A stretch of 64,000 nt of DNA from Podarcis muralis (GCF_964188315.1 NC_135673.1:13206001-13270000); one strand, 5' to 3'. Shown: positions 41,101-54,250, numbered from the stretch's first letter. A program made the numbers and translations. Notes: a model not told the origin generated them from the sequence alone.

Positions 41101-44100
41101 CCAGTTCCCATCAGCCAGCATGACCAGTGGTAAGGGACAATGGGAGTTGTACTCTGCCATCAGCTGGAGAGCCACAGCTTCCCCCAGCCCAGGTTTATCT
41201 CAGGTGTGTGAAACCTTGTGGCTCTCCAGATGTTGCTGCACTACAACTCCCATCACTCCTCTGCCCCGACTGTGCTTGCTGGGGCTGCTGGGAGTTGTAG
41301 TTCAGCAGCATCTTGCGGGCCAAAAGTTCCCCGGCCCTGCTTTAGCTGAAGGCTTGCACCTGGCCTTTGAGGAAAGAGCACCTCAGTTCCCACAATAAGA
41401 TTTCCCCTTGGTTTTAGGAGAGCAGGGTATTTCATCATGATTTGTCAGGGGAGGTGACTAAGCTGCATTTCCAAAGACTCTTTGCAGCGGGCTTTGTTTA
41501 TCCCCACATCTCTGGCCAGGGTTGATGAGAGTTGTGGTCCAGAGCATCTGGAGGATTTCAGGTGGGTGAAGGCTGTTCTTGAGGATCCCACCTGCAGTTT
41601 GCACACCACAGTGTCCAGCTGGTCACCGTGAGGACTCCCTTCCCCAGAATGAAACCCCTCTTGGCCCCACACCAGTTACAGCCAAGGAGGGTTCTGTGGG
41701 AGAGACCTCCAGGTGCTCAGCTTAACCCTTCTTGGGCCAAATGAGTGCTAGAAACCACAGCGATGCAGTTATAGGACCAGGGTGCGAACAGCAGAGAGTG
41801 GAGTCCTTCCTGATGCAAGTAAAAACCAAACAAACCTCCCCCTACCCTCCTTGTTTCATCTTCTGCCTAGATTAAGTTAATAGAGAGAGAGTTACTGCAG
41901 CTGACCCAGCTGGAGTTAAAGAGGCAGCAGTTGGACACAGAGGCACTGCAGGTACGTCAGCCTCTTTTGGACCTCTCCCTCGGCTCACGTTCTTCCCGCC
42001 CTGCTCTTCCTTCTGCTTTCTGAGGTGTCTTGGTGCTCGAGGCAGGAATTTGGGGGATGGGATGGGGGGATTCCCTGGTTCTTGCCTCCTGGGGCTTCAT
42101 TTAGCATGCTCTGCAAACGCTACTGCTTTTGGAGACCTGGGGATCTGTAGGAATAGCCTAGTGTTCAGAGGGGCAAGTGGTGGGTGGGCTGGCAGGAAAA
42201 AGACATTGAGATCTGCTGAGCATTCCACATTTTCTGCATTTTTAAATTTGAATTCTTTTTTTTCCTTTCTTTTTTGCTGGTTTTGCTTCAGTGTGTTTTG
42301 TTTTGTTTTTTTGGTTGTTCTCAAATCTCCACTCCAAAAGGAACATCCCCAAAGAGCACGCCATCCTCTCCATTTGCTCTCCTCAGCCAGCGGAGGACAG
42401 GCTGCATTAATCACAATTAGTATCCCTGCTTTTATTTTGCAAGGTGGGGAAAAGTGGTGGGTTGGGGGGATCCAGGCAAGGTTCTGGTTTTCAGAGTTGC
42501 AGAAAGATGTTCGAAAGTGGGGGGTGGGTCAAAGCCTGCTGAAATCTCTTAAGCCAGGGCAGGAGTTGAGCAAACTGAGCAACGCTTTGCCCCGTGGCTA
42601 GCAGAACAAATGGAGTGATGCAGAATTTTGGCTTCCATCCACTCAAGTGAGGGCAGAGAATTTGGGAGTAGCCAAAAACCATGTGGGGGACTCCGCATTA
42701 GCCATCCTTGTTGTAAACCAGGCGAGGGAGAAACCTTTGGGGGGCCCCAGAATTTGGTGGACTGCAGCTCCCATCTCCTCCTGGCTGGAAGCCATGCTGG
42801 CTGCTGGGGCTGCTGGAAGTTGCAGTTCAGCAACATCTGGAGGGCCACAACAAATTGCCTCCCCACCTGCTTTAAACAAACTTCAAACAGAAGGTTCTGT
42901 ATGAGGGTGAGGGAACCTCTGGCGCTTTTGTGACCCAGCTTAGCTCCTTTGAATCTGTGCTGCTGCATCTGGAGGTTGGGGAGCAGGCAGTGGAATATGG
43001 AGATGGGGGGAGGGTGCATCCAGGATGGTCCAGGTCGAACTTCAGACCCTAGAGCTAGGACGATGTTAGCACGCCGCCTTCTAGCCTTGGGCGTGGGGAA
43101 CATTTTACAGCAGCGCTGCTTCATGGGCAGCCTTCCAGGGACCAAATGCCAGTGGTGGTTAGGTCCAGAGACAAAAGTGGGTGGAGCAACTGGTGTGACT
43201 CTTTGTTCAATATGCTACATTCGAGTAGCGGGAAAAGTCAGAGGTTCACACGCAGACACCTCCCTCCCTCTATCTCCATCAAGGCAAGCAAGAAGCATTA
43301 TATCCCAGTTCATGGGCACATCCTGGGGTGGGGGGATGCAGCCTGGGGAAATAGGGCATGGCTTGGGGAGAGTCTCAAGGGCCAGGTAAAGACACCTGGA
43401 GGGCTGCCTTCAGACCCCAGGAGGCCTATGGTTCCCCATTGCGGATGCAGGCTTGAGCATCCCCCAAAAGGTGGCTGGAGCAGCCTCTGCTTTGGAAGGC
43501 TTGCACTAAGAGGAAGAGCCAGCTGCCTCCCCTGGGGGCAGCCACTTCCACTGCTGCACAGTCCTCATGGTGCATGCTTCCTAATGCCTGTGTGCTGCGT
43601 TTCAGGAGGCAATCACAGAGCAGCGGCAAGCCCTCACCTACCTGCTGCAGCAGCTGCTGAAGGAGAAGAGGCAGCGGGAGGAAGAGCTGCAGGCCATCTT
43701 GGTAAGGAGACAACTCACCTGTAAGCGGGGCTAATTCTCTCTCCCACTCACACACACAGGCTCAGCCTTCTGCCCGTTTCCACACCTGGTGGCTTTGCCC
43801 CTCTCTCAGAGGTGCTTTGGAGGAGGCCAGGTGTCAGGCTACACTCCTGGAATCAGCAAAAGCTGCACATGATGATCCTTTGTTTGCTTGTATATCCCAC
43901 CTTTCCCTCCATGAAGCTCAAGGGAGGCATGCATTTGAACCCTGGTCTCTTCCAAATCCTAGTCCGACACTCCTAACCACTACACCACCCTGGCTCTCTG
44001 TTTTTCTTCCTTGCAGAGGGAGCTGGAAGCTAAGAGTGAGACAAAGCAAGAGAATTACTGGCTGATTCAGTACCAGCGGCTTTTGGACCAGAAGCCCCTT

Positions 44101-46034
44101 TCACTCCGGCTGCAGGTGACTGGCTAGCAGAAGTGCTGGGGTGAAGAAGGTTGCCTCTTCCATGGGCTTCACTGGCTCTGGCAGCCCCTTATGGTTCTGG
44201 CCTCCTCTTTCACCTGTGGCAGGTTCCAGGCTTCCTGGGTCTGGGTTTCCCAGTCAAGAGGCCACCTGGCAACACTGCTCTCCTTTTTCTTTGAAGGAGG
44301 AAGGACTGGAACGGCAGCTCGTGAAGCTCCTGGCAGACCTGTCAGCTGACCAGTACACACCCGTCTTTGCACATCACCGGATCTCGCTCAAAATGCTAAG
44401 TGCCATGGTCCCAAGTGACTTGGCCAAGGTACGTGGGGAAGGTTAGAGCAGGGGTGGGGAACCTCAGGTCCAGGGGCTGGGTGCTTCCTTTAGGGCCTCT
44501 CTGTTCAGCCCTCAGAACTTTCCTCTGGGCTGCACCATTGGAGCCTGGGCATGTGGGGTGCTTTCTCCCCCCCAGCTTCAATCAGCCCTCACTCAGTCAA
44601 CCCCCACCTGCATACCTTCTCACAACCAGTCCAGGGGTGGAGGTGACACAACCTCTCACCTTCACCCTGCTCTTAAGTCTCAGGGTTGATCCTTGCAGGG
44701 AGGAGGATGGGGACAACCTTCAAATGACTTGATTCTGCCTGTGATTGGCTCTGGCTCTGGCAGGCATGAGCTGGCTCCGCCTACCGTTTGGGCTCCCTGC
44801 CAGTCTCGATGGGCACCCACCACTTTTCACCGGACTGGACCGTAATTTGTACTGATATAGAAGTTCCACACACAGTGAAATGGATAAAAGTAAACCTGGG
44901 AGAGAACCATGCTGTTCAGAAGGCTCCTTTCTGCGCTCTGCCATTTGCTTATGTCCTCTTCCAGATGGGGATCACAGAGACAGGCCTGCAGCACTCCATC
45001 ATCCGGAAGGCCCGAGAGATCCACGCCGTGGCTGAAACCATCCCAGGTAACTTGCTGGATCCTCTCTCCTAAGGACATAAGCTGCCTTGTATAGTTGGAG
45101 CAGGGATTGAGGTTTGGCACAAGCTCCATTCCCCTCGCCACCTCTCATGAGCTTGTTGGGGGGGTGGGGGTTTGGCATTCTTCCACTGCCTTTCAGCCCA
45201 GCTCATCAGCAAAGCAATCCACTCTGCATAAAATTGCTTGTTCTCAGTGCCCAGCTCATTCCAATTACTTGCAGAGTTGCTGAAGCCTACAGAAGAGGCA
45301 GAGCTTGCTGCTCCAGGGACCAGCAGAGAGCCCCCCACCGCCATGGCTCCTTCTGCCCCACCACCAGAAGAGCACCTCTGTGAGTGTGTGGTCTGCATGG
45401 AGCGAGAGGTAGGTTGACCTCCACCCAGGAGCTTTGAAAGCTTAACCTGCATGTCAGGCAGAGTCAGTGATCCTCAGAGGCATCAGGGAATTAGCGTGAC
45501 GCAATGGAATGCTACTCCATCTCTATGCCACGGCTATAGAAGGCCTTCCTAAGACCCATCAGTCCTAATCTGTGATGTTTCTCAAGGCCTGATCCAACAG
45601 GGATCCTCTGATGATGTTCTTATCTTGTGCCTGAACTTGCTTTTTTCCTCCTCCTTCCCATCCTTTTTTCCTTGTGTGTCATGTCTTAGATGTCAAACCT
45701 GAGAGAAGAAACTGTTTTGTTTGTCAGATGCTCTGGCAGGCTTTGTTGTGGAGGTATGGGGATGAGGATGAAGCGCAGGATCAGAATGCTTTGGAATAAA
45801 ACCCTGATCTCTGATGACATGTGTGCAAGGGGGAGGTGGTGAGGAGGCCCTGCTGTTGGTAAGAGCTGTGGTCCTAGCATTTGCCTCTTCCTCTTCTTTT
45901 CCCCCCAGGCCCAGGTGGTATTCCTGACTTGCGGCCATGTCTGCTGCTGCCAGACCTGCTCTGAGGCCCTGAGTACCTGCCCGCTGTGCCGCAAGGATAT
46001 CGTCCAACGCATCCGTCTTTTCCACAGTGGATAG
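23484..46034 (+). CDS. LRSAM1: E3 ubiquitin-protein ligase LRSAM1 (LRR, coiled coil, SAM, RING), 24 coding exons
   Basis: Exons: 23484-23555, 24597-24653, 25867-25911, 26709-26786, 27325-27393, 28911-28995, 29927-30048, 31777-31867, 32245-32375, 32953-32982, 34584-34706, 35276-35415, 36250-36294, 36966-37036, 37920-38019, 39458-39545, 40101-40175, 41871-41951, 43606-43701, 44017-44115, 44297-44428, 44965-45046, 45275-45408, 45909-46034. Total 2172 nt, 723 aa, [24 protein letters not shown]...[18 protein letters not shown]. All introns are GT-AG. Confidence 0.97.
24236..24390 (-). mobile_element. Squam2-like tRNA-derived SINE
   Basis: Reverse complement of the head GGGCTGTAGCT...GCAGAAGGTCCCAGGTTCAATCCCTGGCATC. 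Confidence 0.7.
28290..28706 (+). mobile_element. Solo LTR (417 bp)
   Basis: TG...CA termini with exact 4-bp TSD AGTG (28286-28289 and 28707-28710); the 3' part is shared with 50600-50715. Confidence 0.7.
29356..29903 (-). mobile_element. L1-clade LINE, 5'-truncated 3' end, antisense in LRSAM1 intron
   Basis: Poly(T) at 29356, ORF2 C-terminal-like peptide (FLLGI...[17 protein letters not shown]...W...EEWEPF), and 18-bp TSD GCACATTCTGCCTTCTCT at 29338-29355 and 29904-29921. Confidence 0.85.
31973..32163 (+). mobile_element. Squam2-like SINE
   Basis: GGGGCTGTAGCTCA...TGCATGCAGAAGGTCCCAGGTTCAATTCC...CTTCCTATG. Confidence 0.7.
32690..32940 (+). mobile_element. Squam3-like SINE abutting an LRSAM1 acceptor
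   Basis: Family head and tail; TSD CTCCTTTT at about 32680-32687 and 32941-32948. Confidence 0.85.
33956..34318 (+). mobile_element. Sauria SINE, full length
   Basis: Family sequence, (ACCTTT)n tail, and 12-bp TSD CTAGATGACAAC. Confidence 0.93.
36517..36708 (+). mobile_element. Squam2-like SINE
   Basis: GGCCATAGCTCAGTGGTAGAACACCTG...GCATGCAGAAGGTCCCAGG...GAGCTAGATG...TTCCTA. Confidence 0.7.
38069..38117. repeat. (ATT)n microsatellite; other simple repeats: (TA)n 13271, (CA)n 29278, (TG)n 30074, (CA)n 37253, (GT)n 38341
   Basis: Seen directly in the sequence. Confidence 0.95.
39081..39258. repeat. Long perfect inverted repeat, probably Penelope-like retroelement termini
   Basis: 77-bp perfect arms 39092-39168 and 39171-39247 with a 2-nt loop. 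The sequence CTGAAGAAGTGTGCATGCACACGAAAGCTCATACC resembles squamate Penelope ends (recalled). Confidence 0.8.
40823..41023 (+). mobile_element. Squam2-like SINE
   Basis: tRNA-like head and ...GTAT AGACAAT..CTGAGCTA...CTTCCTATGTTCCTA tail. Confidence 0.72.
41058..41341. mobile_element. Two adjacent palindromic hAT-like MITEs
   Basis: Two CAGG...CCTG units (41058-41192 and 41201-41341) separated and flanked by related 8-mers CTTTATCG/GTTTATCT/CTTTAGCT. Confidence 0.65.
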
Positions 46035-49000
46035 CCCCACATGGGGACAGCGTCACTCCCATCATGTGCCCGCTTCTTCCCCCTCAACCTTGCGCACTGG
46101 GTTGCCAGGGGTGGGGTGGGGTCAATGGTTCTTTTGGCGTGCTGTGTAGGCCAGTCCGGGATATGCACTACCTCCTTGCTCTTTGTCTGCGTAACCATCA
46201 CCATCCTCTGCTCACAGAGCATGGCTGCAATTCTCCCTCTCCCAACTCTCAGCTGTTGGCTTGTAGCTGCTCTAAGGCCAAGATGGAGGCACATCTCCGG
46301 GCTGAGGGCAGAATGGTGCTTGCACTTCCTGAAAAGCTACTCTCACGTTTTGGGGAACAGGCAAACACCACATCTTCTCTGGCAGCCTGGCAGGGGTTAT
46401 TTAAAGATGCCAGTCCCAACCTATGGGCAGAGTGGGTTCTAGGAGCTTCAGTACAGGAGAAGAGAGTCCCTGCTGTCTGCCCGCCTAATGAATCAGGGCT
46501 GGCGCGTGTGTGTGTGTATATATATTATATATATATGTATTTCTGTGGCTGGGTCTTAGGCCACTACTGGCTGAGCTGTAGCAGCACCCAGTGGAGCAAA
46601 AGTGCCTGGAAGCTGTCCCATCTGTCACCCTGGGAGAGAGTGGTTGGTGATTCCCAGCCATCCAGCATCCAGCTCCCAATCTAGTCCACTTTGAACTCTT
46701 TCCAGGCCAGCGTTTTAAAGCTGCCACCCCCAACCTGGTGCCCTCTAGCTGGGATGACTGCATTAAGGACCCCACAAAGGGTGGGTGGGTAAGTCAAGCA
46801 AGAGCCCTGGTTGGGTGGAGGTCTCGTCCCACCCACTACATGTTTTTCGCTAGTGGAGTATGTGTGTGTTTGGTTCATCATCCCTCTCGGTTCATTGGTC
46901 AGTAATTGACCTTGATAGTCTGCCAAGGCAACATCTCCTCCAGAAGAAACCAGCCTCCACCCGGTTTTGCTTGGCAGGTTTCCTGGCAGGAGAAAGTGGA
47001 CACTCGTATTTGCAACTTCCAAGAAACAGGCCCCTGAGCCTTTTTCACTGCCTGACCGCTCACTCACATTCATCGTCCTGTGTTCTCTTGGAGCCAGGTG
47101 AGTGAGGAAACCTTTTGGCTGCTTCTGGCATTGCTGAACCACGACTCCCAACTTCCTCAGCAAGCGTGGCCAGCACCCAAGGATTATGGGAGTTGTAGTT
47201 CAGCCACAACAGGAGGGCCAAAGGCTCCCTACATCTGAACTACATGACAGCCAAGAGGTGAGGTCTGTCCTTTTTAGCAAAGTCAGCTAACATGAACAGC
47301 AATATAGTGCTTTATTCTATCAGTTTTCTCCAAAAGGATCCGCAAATATTTTATAACTAAAAGGTAAAATGCACCAGAAGAATGAAGTGTTGTTTTGCCT
47401 TCCAGGAAGCCTTAGTCCCAGTGCAGGTGTGGAGATTCTTTGCCACTCCAAATGAGACAGAATTACAACTCCTGTCATCATCCTTGGCCTTTGGCCATGC
47501 TTGCTGGGCCTGAGGGGAGCTGTAGTTTAGCAATGTCTGGAGAGTGTAAAGTTCCCTCACGCTTACAAGGAAAACTTACAAGGAAAACCAAGAGGGGAGA
47601 GATTGGCAGAAACCTTATGTAAGGGAGGCCTTGCCTATGCCTGGTCATGGAGGCTGTGCCTCAGTAATCCCTCTCCACCCACCTACCCACAATTCCTTGC
47701 TCAGGGTGATTTGTTCCCCTTCCAGATAAGGGATAGGGTGCCTTGAGTCCCTGTCAGGAGAAACAGCAGGGTACAAATATAGAACAGAACCACAGAATTG
47801 TAGAGTTGGAAGGGACCCAGAGGGTCACCTAATCCAAACCCTGGCAATGCAAAGATCTTGACTAGATCATACACTGGTATTTGTGGGGGCTGGGTTTTAA
47901 TAGGTAGCAGAGGATATATTAATTGCAATTTATCCCTCCACACACCCATGTTTGTGGGCTGAAACAAAATAAAGCATAGGAATTAGTCTATAGAACTTTG
48001 TTTTGAGCAAGTCCAGCTAACAAAGTAAGCTGGATTCCCCCTTCTTACCCCACTTAAACAAAAAAACAGGCAGCAACTTGTAAAGTAAGATTTACTTACT
48101 TTATAATCATGCATAGGTTCACAGCAACAGTAGCAGTAAAAACCATGCAGGCAAAATACGGTATATTTACAGTATAACCAGCTTCATGCATGTGCCTAAA
48201 ACTCAAGCTAGCAGAAGCATGTCTGCATCCATCACTAGTCAAAGGGAGGGCGAGAGCTACATGAAGTACTATATGCTTCCTATCCAGGAGAGGAACGGAA
48301 ACAACACCACACAGCCAATTATATTTCTATGGTCTGAGTATCTGCCTTTCAGTAATACACCTCTGTGGTATTAACCGCTTCTCATACTAACTAGCAAGAA
48401 TGTGCATTTGTTAGGTTTGTCTAGCAGACAAACGTCTCATGTGGCTTTTGCAGTTTGCAGATGGCTATAGTATCTCCTCTCAGTCTCTTCCAGGCTAAAT
48501 GTACCCAGCTCCCTCAACCATACCTCATTCAGCAGCATATGGAGGGCCAACAGTTCCCCACCACCAGGTTTCCCAACCCTAGTTTGATGTTTCTGGGCCG
48601 CAGCATGGGATTGTGCTGGCTTCACCCGTCTCTCACATGCTGCTGTGCTCCCATTGCCACCACATCTCCGAAGAACCCCGCTGGGAAATCAGGGGCAAGG
48701 CCAGACAGACCTGTGTGGCAGTTGGTGTGCGGTGTGGGCAGCACAGATTAGTTGGGGGTCTGGGCCCTCCCAAAGCAGTGAAGGAGAGATGGGTCACTGC
48801 CTGGGCATTTGCTGTGGGGTGAGGAGCATAGCAAGGCCTCTAGGGAGGGTTTCTCAGTCTTATGCCTTGGGGTCTAGTTCTGTGGGATTGCAAGTGGTAG
48901 GCCATGGGGTGTGAGGAGCCTGTGGTCCCTTAAGCTGTTGCTGGACTCCTACCCCCATCAGCCTTAGCCAGCATGGCCAACAGCAAGGGATGATGGGAAT

Positions 49001-49426
49001 TGTAGTGCAATGCACTCTAGAGGGCCAAAGGTTCCACAGCTCCATGTCAGGTGAGCCATACCTCTTCTTCCTATACTCCTCCCACCTCAAGACAAAACCA
49101 ATTAGCTTTGCTTCTGAAGACAGACCTTATAGGGAAGTGTTTGGTGGGTTGCAAATAAATAATAAATTATTATAATGTTATTTACCAGTCAATGGGTCGG
49201 TGCTTCAAAATCGCCTTCCCTTCCCAGTAGGAAGCCACCCTGAGGCCTGAGTTTGAATCCCTCTACTCACAAGTTCAGGGTGCCTATGCTGGAACCTTCA
49301 CTTTCTCCCAAAGAACCTTGCACACTGTTGCCCTTTTCGGTGGGTGCGGAGAGGCTTTCCTTCACCCTCCACCCACTCACAGAGCCAAAATTTGCAGAGG
49401 TGCCCTGGGGGAAGAAGACACCATTA

Positions 49427-49651
49427 CAGTGGTACCTCGGTTTACGAACTTAATCTGTTCTGGAAGTCCGTTTTTAAACCAAAACCATTCTTAAACCGGG
49501 GCACTCTTTCCCTAATGAGGCCTCCCGCCGCTGGTGCCCTTCCACCATTCAGATTCAGTTCTTAGACCGAGTTAAAGTTTGCGAACCAAGACACTATTTC
49601 TGGTTTTGCGGAGTTTGTAAACCAGACTGTTCTTAAACTGAGGTACCACTG
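49427..49651. mobile_element. Tc1/mariner MITE (related to 7143, different interior)
   Basis: TA-CAGTGGTACCTCGG...TGAGGTACCACTG-TA. Confidence 0.85.
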
Positions 49652-50404
49652 TACACGTAAATCAGATATAGGCCTATGGCCCACTTTTGCTTTGCTCTAG
49701 GTAGAAAGGATCATTGGCCTCTGCCAGGGACTCAGGCAGTGGCTTAGCTGGAGCAACGACCCCTTTGCCATCATTGCACGTCTTGCACGAATCTCTGTTT
49801 CCCCCAGTGTTGGTCTGTTTTTATGTGATTGTCTCACATGTATCCAGCAGAGAAATAAAAACTGGGTATGAAATTCAAACTGCATTGTCTCTTCCTGTTC
49901 CCTTAGGGTAGACGGATGGGCAGGTATCCAATGGTTGGCAGAACCCCTGGAACAGATTTAGGGGACACACTGTGCAAAGGGAGGGGGAGAAGTTCTTGAA
50001 CATGCATGGAACCTTGTGCTAGCTGAATTAGCTACCTAGTGCTACATTGGATGCAACTGCAGAAAGAGGTGTGTTTGAAGTGGATCCCAAACTTTCCCCC
50101 TGTGGACCACTTGAAAAGTGCTGACAGTCTCAGTGGACCACTTGATGGTCTTCCTGCCTGCTGTAGCAGCTGTAATGCACAGTGCTGTACATTTTTGTTG
50201 TATTTTTTGTTGTATTTGCTCCTTTTGTTTTTTGCATTTTATTTTATTGCATTTCAATTTGAATTCAACCTGTGTTTTACGGGCCAACTGAATGAATTTC
50301 ATGGACCCCAGTTTGGGAACCCTTGGCTCAGAGCTGCAGCATTTTATGGGATAATCCATGAGATTGATAGTGAGGCTGAACCTTAAATGAATAAATAGTT
50401 TCAT

Positions 50405-50715
50405 ATTGTAAAAAGGGAAAAAGAATTATTTATTTCAGAGCTGAGGAACTAGCTCCCCTTCCCACCTCCCTGGTCTACCAGAACCAGAAGAGATATGAAG
50501 AGGGAGGAGCAGACACAGGCATGTCAGCAAAGTCTCAGATTGCTTTAAAAGAATCCAGGGAAGGAGGAAATTTAGGCAGCCTCAGGGGCATGACCTATTG
50601 AAAAGAGTTGCTGTGCTCATTAGGCCTGGTATCCCAAGCAGGCCTTTTTTCTTCTAATAAAGAGTTAACTTCACTTAATCCATATGATTTCTTTCTGGCT
50701 GGCTCGCTGAGAACA
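50405..50715 (+). mobile_element. LTR-like fragment related to 28290..28706 (boundaries approximate)
   Basis: Shares AGAGTTGCTGTGCTCATTAGGCCTG...GAGTTAACTTCA...CTGGCTGGCTC and has AATAAA; no TSD found. Confidence 0.45.
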
Positions 50716-52081
50716 AACTACCACCGAAGGAGCATGGTGTGTCCTCCACCAAAGGTACTACCTCTCCCCTAACACCCCCCACACTAATAAAACACACACA
50801 GGTACTGTCCAGGATTCAAAATGGCACCCAACATCCAAACATCAATGAAGACCCCCCACACACACACACCTTGAGCACTCCTGAGCTGAATCTAGTGATC
50901 ATATCCCTACTTGTGGCTTACCATGTGCCACAAAACGGGCAAAGTCATGCCAAACTGAAATTTCAGTCTGCCATCTTGATTCAAAATGGCACCCAACATA
51001 CAAACAGCAATAAGGTCTGCTGCCCCACCCTGGGAACCCTCATGCCAAGTTTGGTATTATAGATGGAGAGTTGTCCAATTGTATAGAGGGCAAATTGGCA
51101 AACCATTTCCCAAAATATCAGTCTGGTCAACATATTCCTCCAGCATGACATAGAAAAAGTGTGGGGGGTAGGGTGGGAGAGAGAGTTGGACTCCCCAGAG
51201 TTGGAATTAATAGATGGCAGAAAAAGCCAGTGCCTTGTCAATTTCATCTAAAATCTTGACTCCCAGCTTTAGGGAGCAGGAAAGAAGGGGTTGGGAAGCT
51301 GCCTCAAAGTTGCTTGACCACATTCTCCCAGTTTTTCACGCTTGGTTGGGAAGCTGGACTGTCCTCTTTTTTCAGGTGCCAAACACCACCAACTGCCCTT
51401 TGCCTCAGGTCCTCACTGCTGTTTACACAAAGATGCTAAAGTTGTCCTCCAGCCAAGCCACTGAGTACAACAGTTGCAGCTGGGAAGTGTCCTCCTGTCA
51501 GCCACAAAAGAATAATGCTTACTTAAGGGGTGTGTCTTATTTTGCCTGGAATGCTCCTCGTTGCTTGTGCCCAATCGATGTGATTTAACTTTCCAGCAGT
51601 TGAAACAGGTTCATGAGGCCAAATGGCACACTGCCCCACCAACCTCAGACTGCTCTCAGCCTGTCCCCACCTGCCTTCCTCTGCTCTCCTCTCTCAATTG
51701 ACCTCCATCTCCAGGGCACACCTCGTGACATCACCAGGGACTGCCTTTGCATCTCAGGTTTGGGCCCTGTGTTAGTGGGAAATGGGAAGGGGGGTGAGAT
51801 ACCTCCCACCCTTCACAAGCCTTGCGACTCCACACCATGAGACAAAGATAAAGAGTCTCCACTGCACACCAGCAAACAGTTCACTCACACACATACCACA
51901 CAAGAGGTATTTCTCTGCCTTTTCACCTGTCAAACCAAATCCTCTAGTGTCAAGAGAAAACAACAGCAACATATCTGCAAAGGCATTGCATCTGCAAGGG
52001 AAGCTCAGCTCAGGCGTCTGTGACTCCCCGCTGAGCCCCAGGTCTCCAACAAAGGAAAACAGGAAAAGTGGCAATACCAAA

Positions 52082-52749
52082 TGTAGCGATTCACTGATAA
52101 ATGTATTTATGCACTGGCTCAATGGGAAAACTTTAGAAATTCATCGGAAATCACTCATGGTATCAATCTTCTCCGTTCCAATGGCATTTAGGACCCAGGG
52201 AAGTGAGGTATAAGGGGAGGGGTGAGTGAGCCCACCTAATCCCCGAGATGTACAGACACATCTGCAGGGCCTTCCCAAGGAGTCATGGCCAGTGATATCC
52301 AACCACCTCAGTCACAATGCCTATCCATCCTATAGTGGGATGAAGCTGGACAAGACAGAGGGGTGTATTTGATTTGACTCAGGGACCAAGGAGCTGTAAA
52401 TACTTTCCTTGGTACGGGGATGGGAGTAAGTGTGAAAGAGGGGTATGCCTGGATCTCAGGTTCTACCTGAGACCACACCTTTTCTGTGACAGATCTATGA
52501 TGTCTTGATGATGCATCCTGAGATGTTTTATGGGAAACTTTAAAATACGGATGTAACCACTGATGGGGGCTTCTGGCTGCTTTGTCTCTGTGGCAGTGGG
52601 AAGTCTTGTTGCAACAAGAAAGATCAGGCCTACTGGCTGCTGTTTTGTTTCTATCACCTGGCTAAAGTCTCTTGCTTGTGACGTTCAACCTGAACCTATG
52701 GGAATCAAGGTTAGGTGATTGTGGGGTGCTCCAAGGACTCCCTGTTACA
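52082..52749 (+). mobile_element. Diverged LTR-like element related to 55460..56168
   Basis: Shared motifs CCTTTTCTGTGA and GTTGCAACA...AAAGATCAG(G/A)C..ACT(G/A)GCTGCT; ends in GTTACA; no TSD found. Confidence 0.4.
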
Positions 52750-53649
52750 CCTGAAATGGAAGGGTCTGAACTGACAACCCTGGTGAATAGCCTTTGCTAA
52801 TATGTAAGTTTGGAGTGTGTGACAGGTGGGGTGTGTGAAAGAGAGAGATAGAAGCTGCGAAGCTCTTTTGTACAATAATTATAATGTTGGAAGCAGGTCT
52901 TTTTTCAGCTGGAACTTGCTGGAATTCAGTTCTGGTATGTCTCAGGTGGGCACCATCACTGACAGAGGAAGGGGGGGGTGCAGTGGGTGTGGCTTGCCCC
53001 AGGTGTCATCCCCATAGCTGTCAACTTTTCCATTTTTTAAAGGGAAATCCTATTATTCCGAATAGGATTTCCCTTTAAAAAAGGGAAAAGTTGACAGCCA
53101 TGGTCATCCCTGAGGGGGGTGACATCTCTGCGCTGCCTCCCTGGGACTCTTTGCTCTACCCCTGTGGGCGGCTAGCCCTGCTCCAGGGTGCACAGCATGT
53201 GCTCCAGGTGCTGGAGCAGCTAGCTCTGCCTCTGGGCACCATTGCCATTCTAAAAGAATGAGGGAGGTGTTCATGGTGAGTTCTGGCACATCTTTTTCTA
53301 GAAAAATAGTACTGGTAGCAGAACCTCCAAGTGTCCATATTTACCAGGAACGTGTGGGAATGTTCAGGGAGGTAGCAGAGGATATATTGTTTAATGATAT
53401 CCTTCCTAACCTGCGTTAGCAAGTTCTATATTTTAGCAAAGTTTAAACATTCCACTTTAAACACACAGCAGTTTGCTTATTGCAGGCTCGTCTGAGCCTC
53501 TCTATATAAGATTCCTGGTAAGATCCCTTATTGTCCCTCTTAACAAGAATAGACACAACAATATTATTAAAGTAGTTTACTCACTTCATTCAGTTCACAG
53601 TTGGATCCCTGAAGGCAGACTTAGGTTACAAAAGAGTGTGTGTGTGTGT

Positions 53650-54250
53650 GTAACTATCCAATAAGGGAGTTAGTCCCAAGTGACAAGCAGTCACTTCTGC
53701 TCGCACGTAGAGAAACAAAAATGGAGAAGAAGCAACAGAAGGAGGTGTGCTCCCCTGTCCAGGTTAGGCCACCCTCACCTCTAGTGACATGCAGAGGAAG
53801 TTTGTCCCAGCTCAGGAGGAAACAGGAAGTTTTCTCCTGGCTGGTAGAAAGCATCCCCTAGCATGTTCATTCTAGGAATGTTGTACGAAAGGAGTTCTGG
53901 GAGAGTCCATTGGGAGTTGTGGGTGGGTAGTTGGTTGGATTTAATGGGTTGGCTGGTTGGGAAAGGCAGTTGGTAATAGAGAGACAGTTAGGGCAGTGGG
54001 TCCTTGAGTTTGGGGAGGGAGCAAGAGATTGAGAGAGGAACATAAGACTAAGAAAGTAAAGAGGAACACCGTTTGGTATGCTGTAAAAGTTTTGTTTATG
54101 TCTGAAATAAAATACACTCTTCTTTATTAATTGAAAAGCTGACTGAGACTGAAGTGATTTTACCAGGGAGGACCTGGTTGGTGGCAGCGGATTAGTGGTG
54201 TACGGGTCAATAGTCCGTGAGAGGACCGGGGGCTCCGTACGAACGCCACA
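53650..54250 (+). mobile_element. LTR-like segment (left boundary uncertain)
   Basis: CTGTAA...AATAAA U3/R-like pattern, tRNA-Leu-complementary TGGTGGCAGCGG at 54179-54190, and a GCCACA end. Confidence 0.35.

Noticed and set aside
42050-43724. Long overlapping ORFs of 146-198 aa in LRSAM1 intron 18
   Set aside because: No domain-like content; they span MITE sequence and GC-rich intron.
45686-46684. ORFs of 202 and 232 aa over the LRSAM1 last exon and 3' UTR
   Set aside because: Antisense or off-frame to LRSAM1, with no recognisable motifs.
48079-48391. Possible minus-strand solo LTR
   Set aside because: LTR-like composition, but no clean TG...CA termini or TSD.
50815-51010. Repeated CAAAATGGCACCCAACAT motif
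   Set aside because: Only two copies, probably internal to an old DNA transposon; no array structure.
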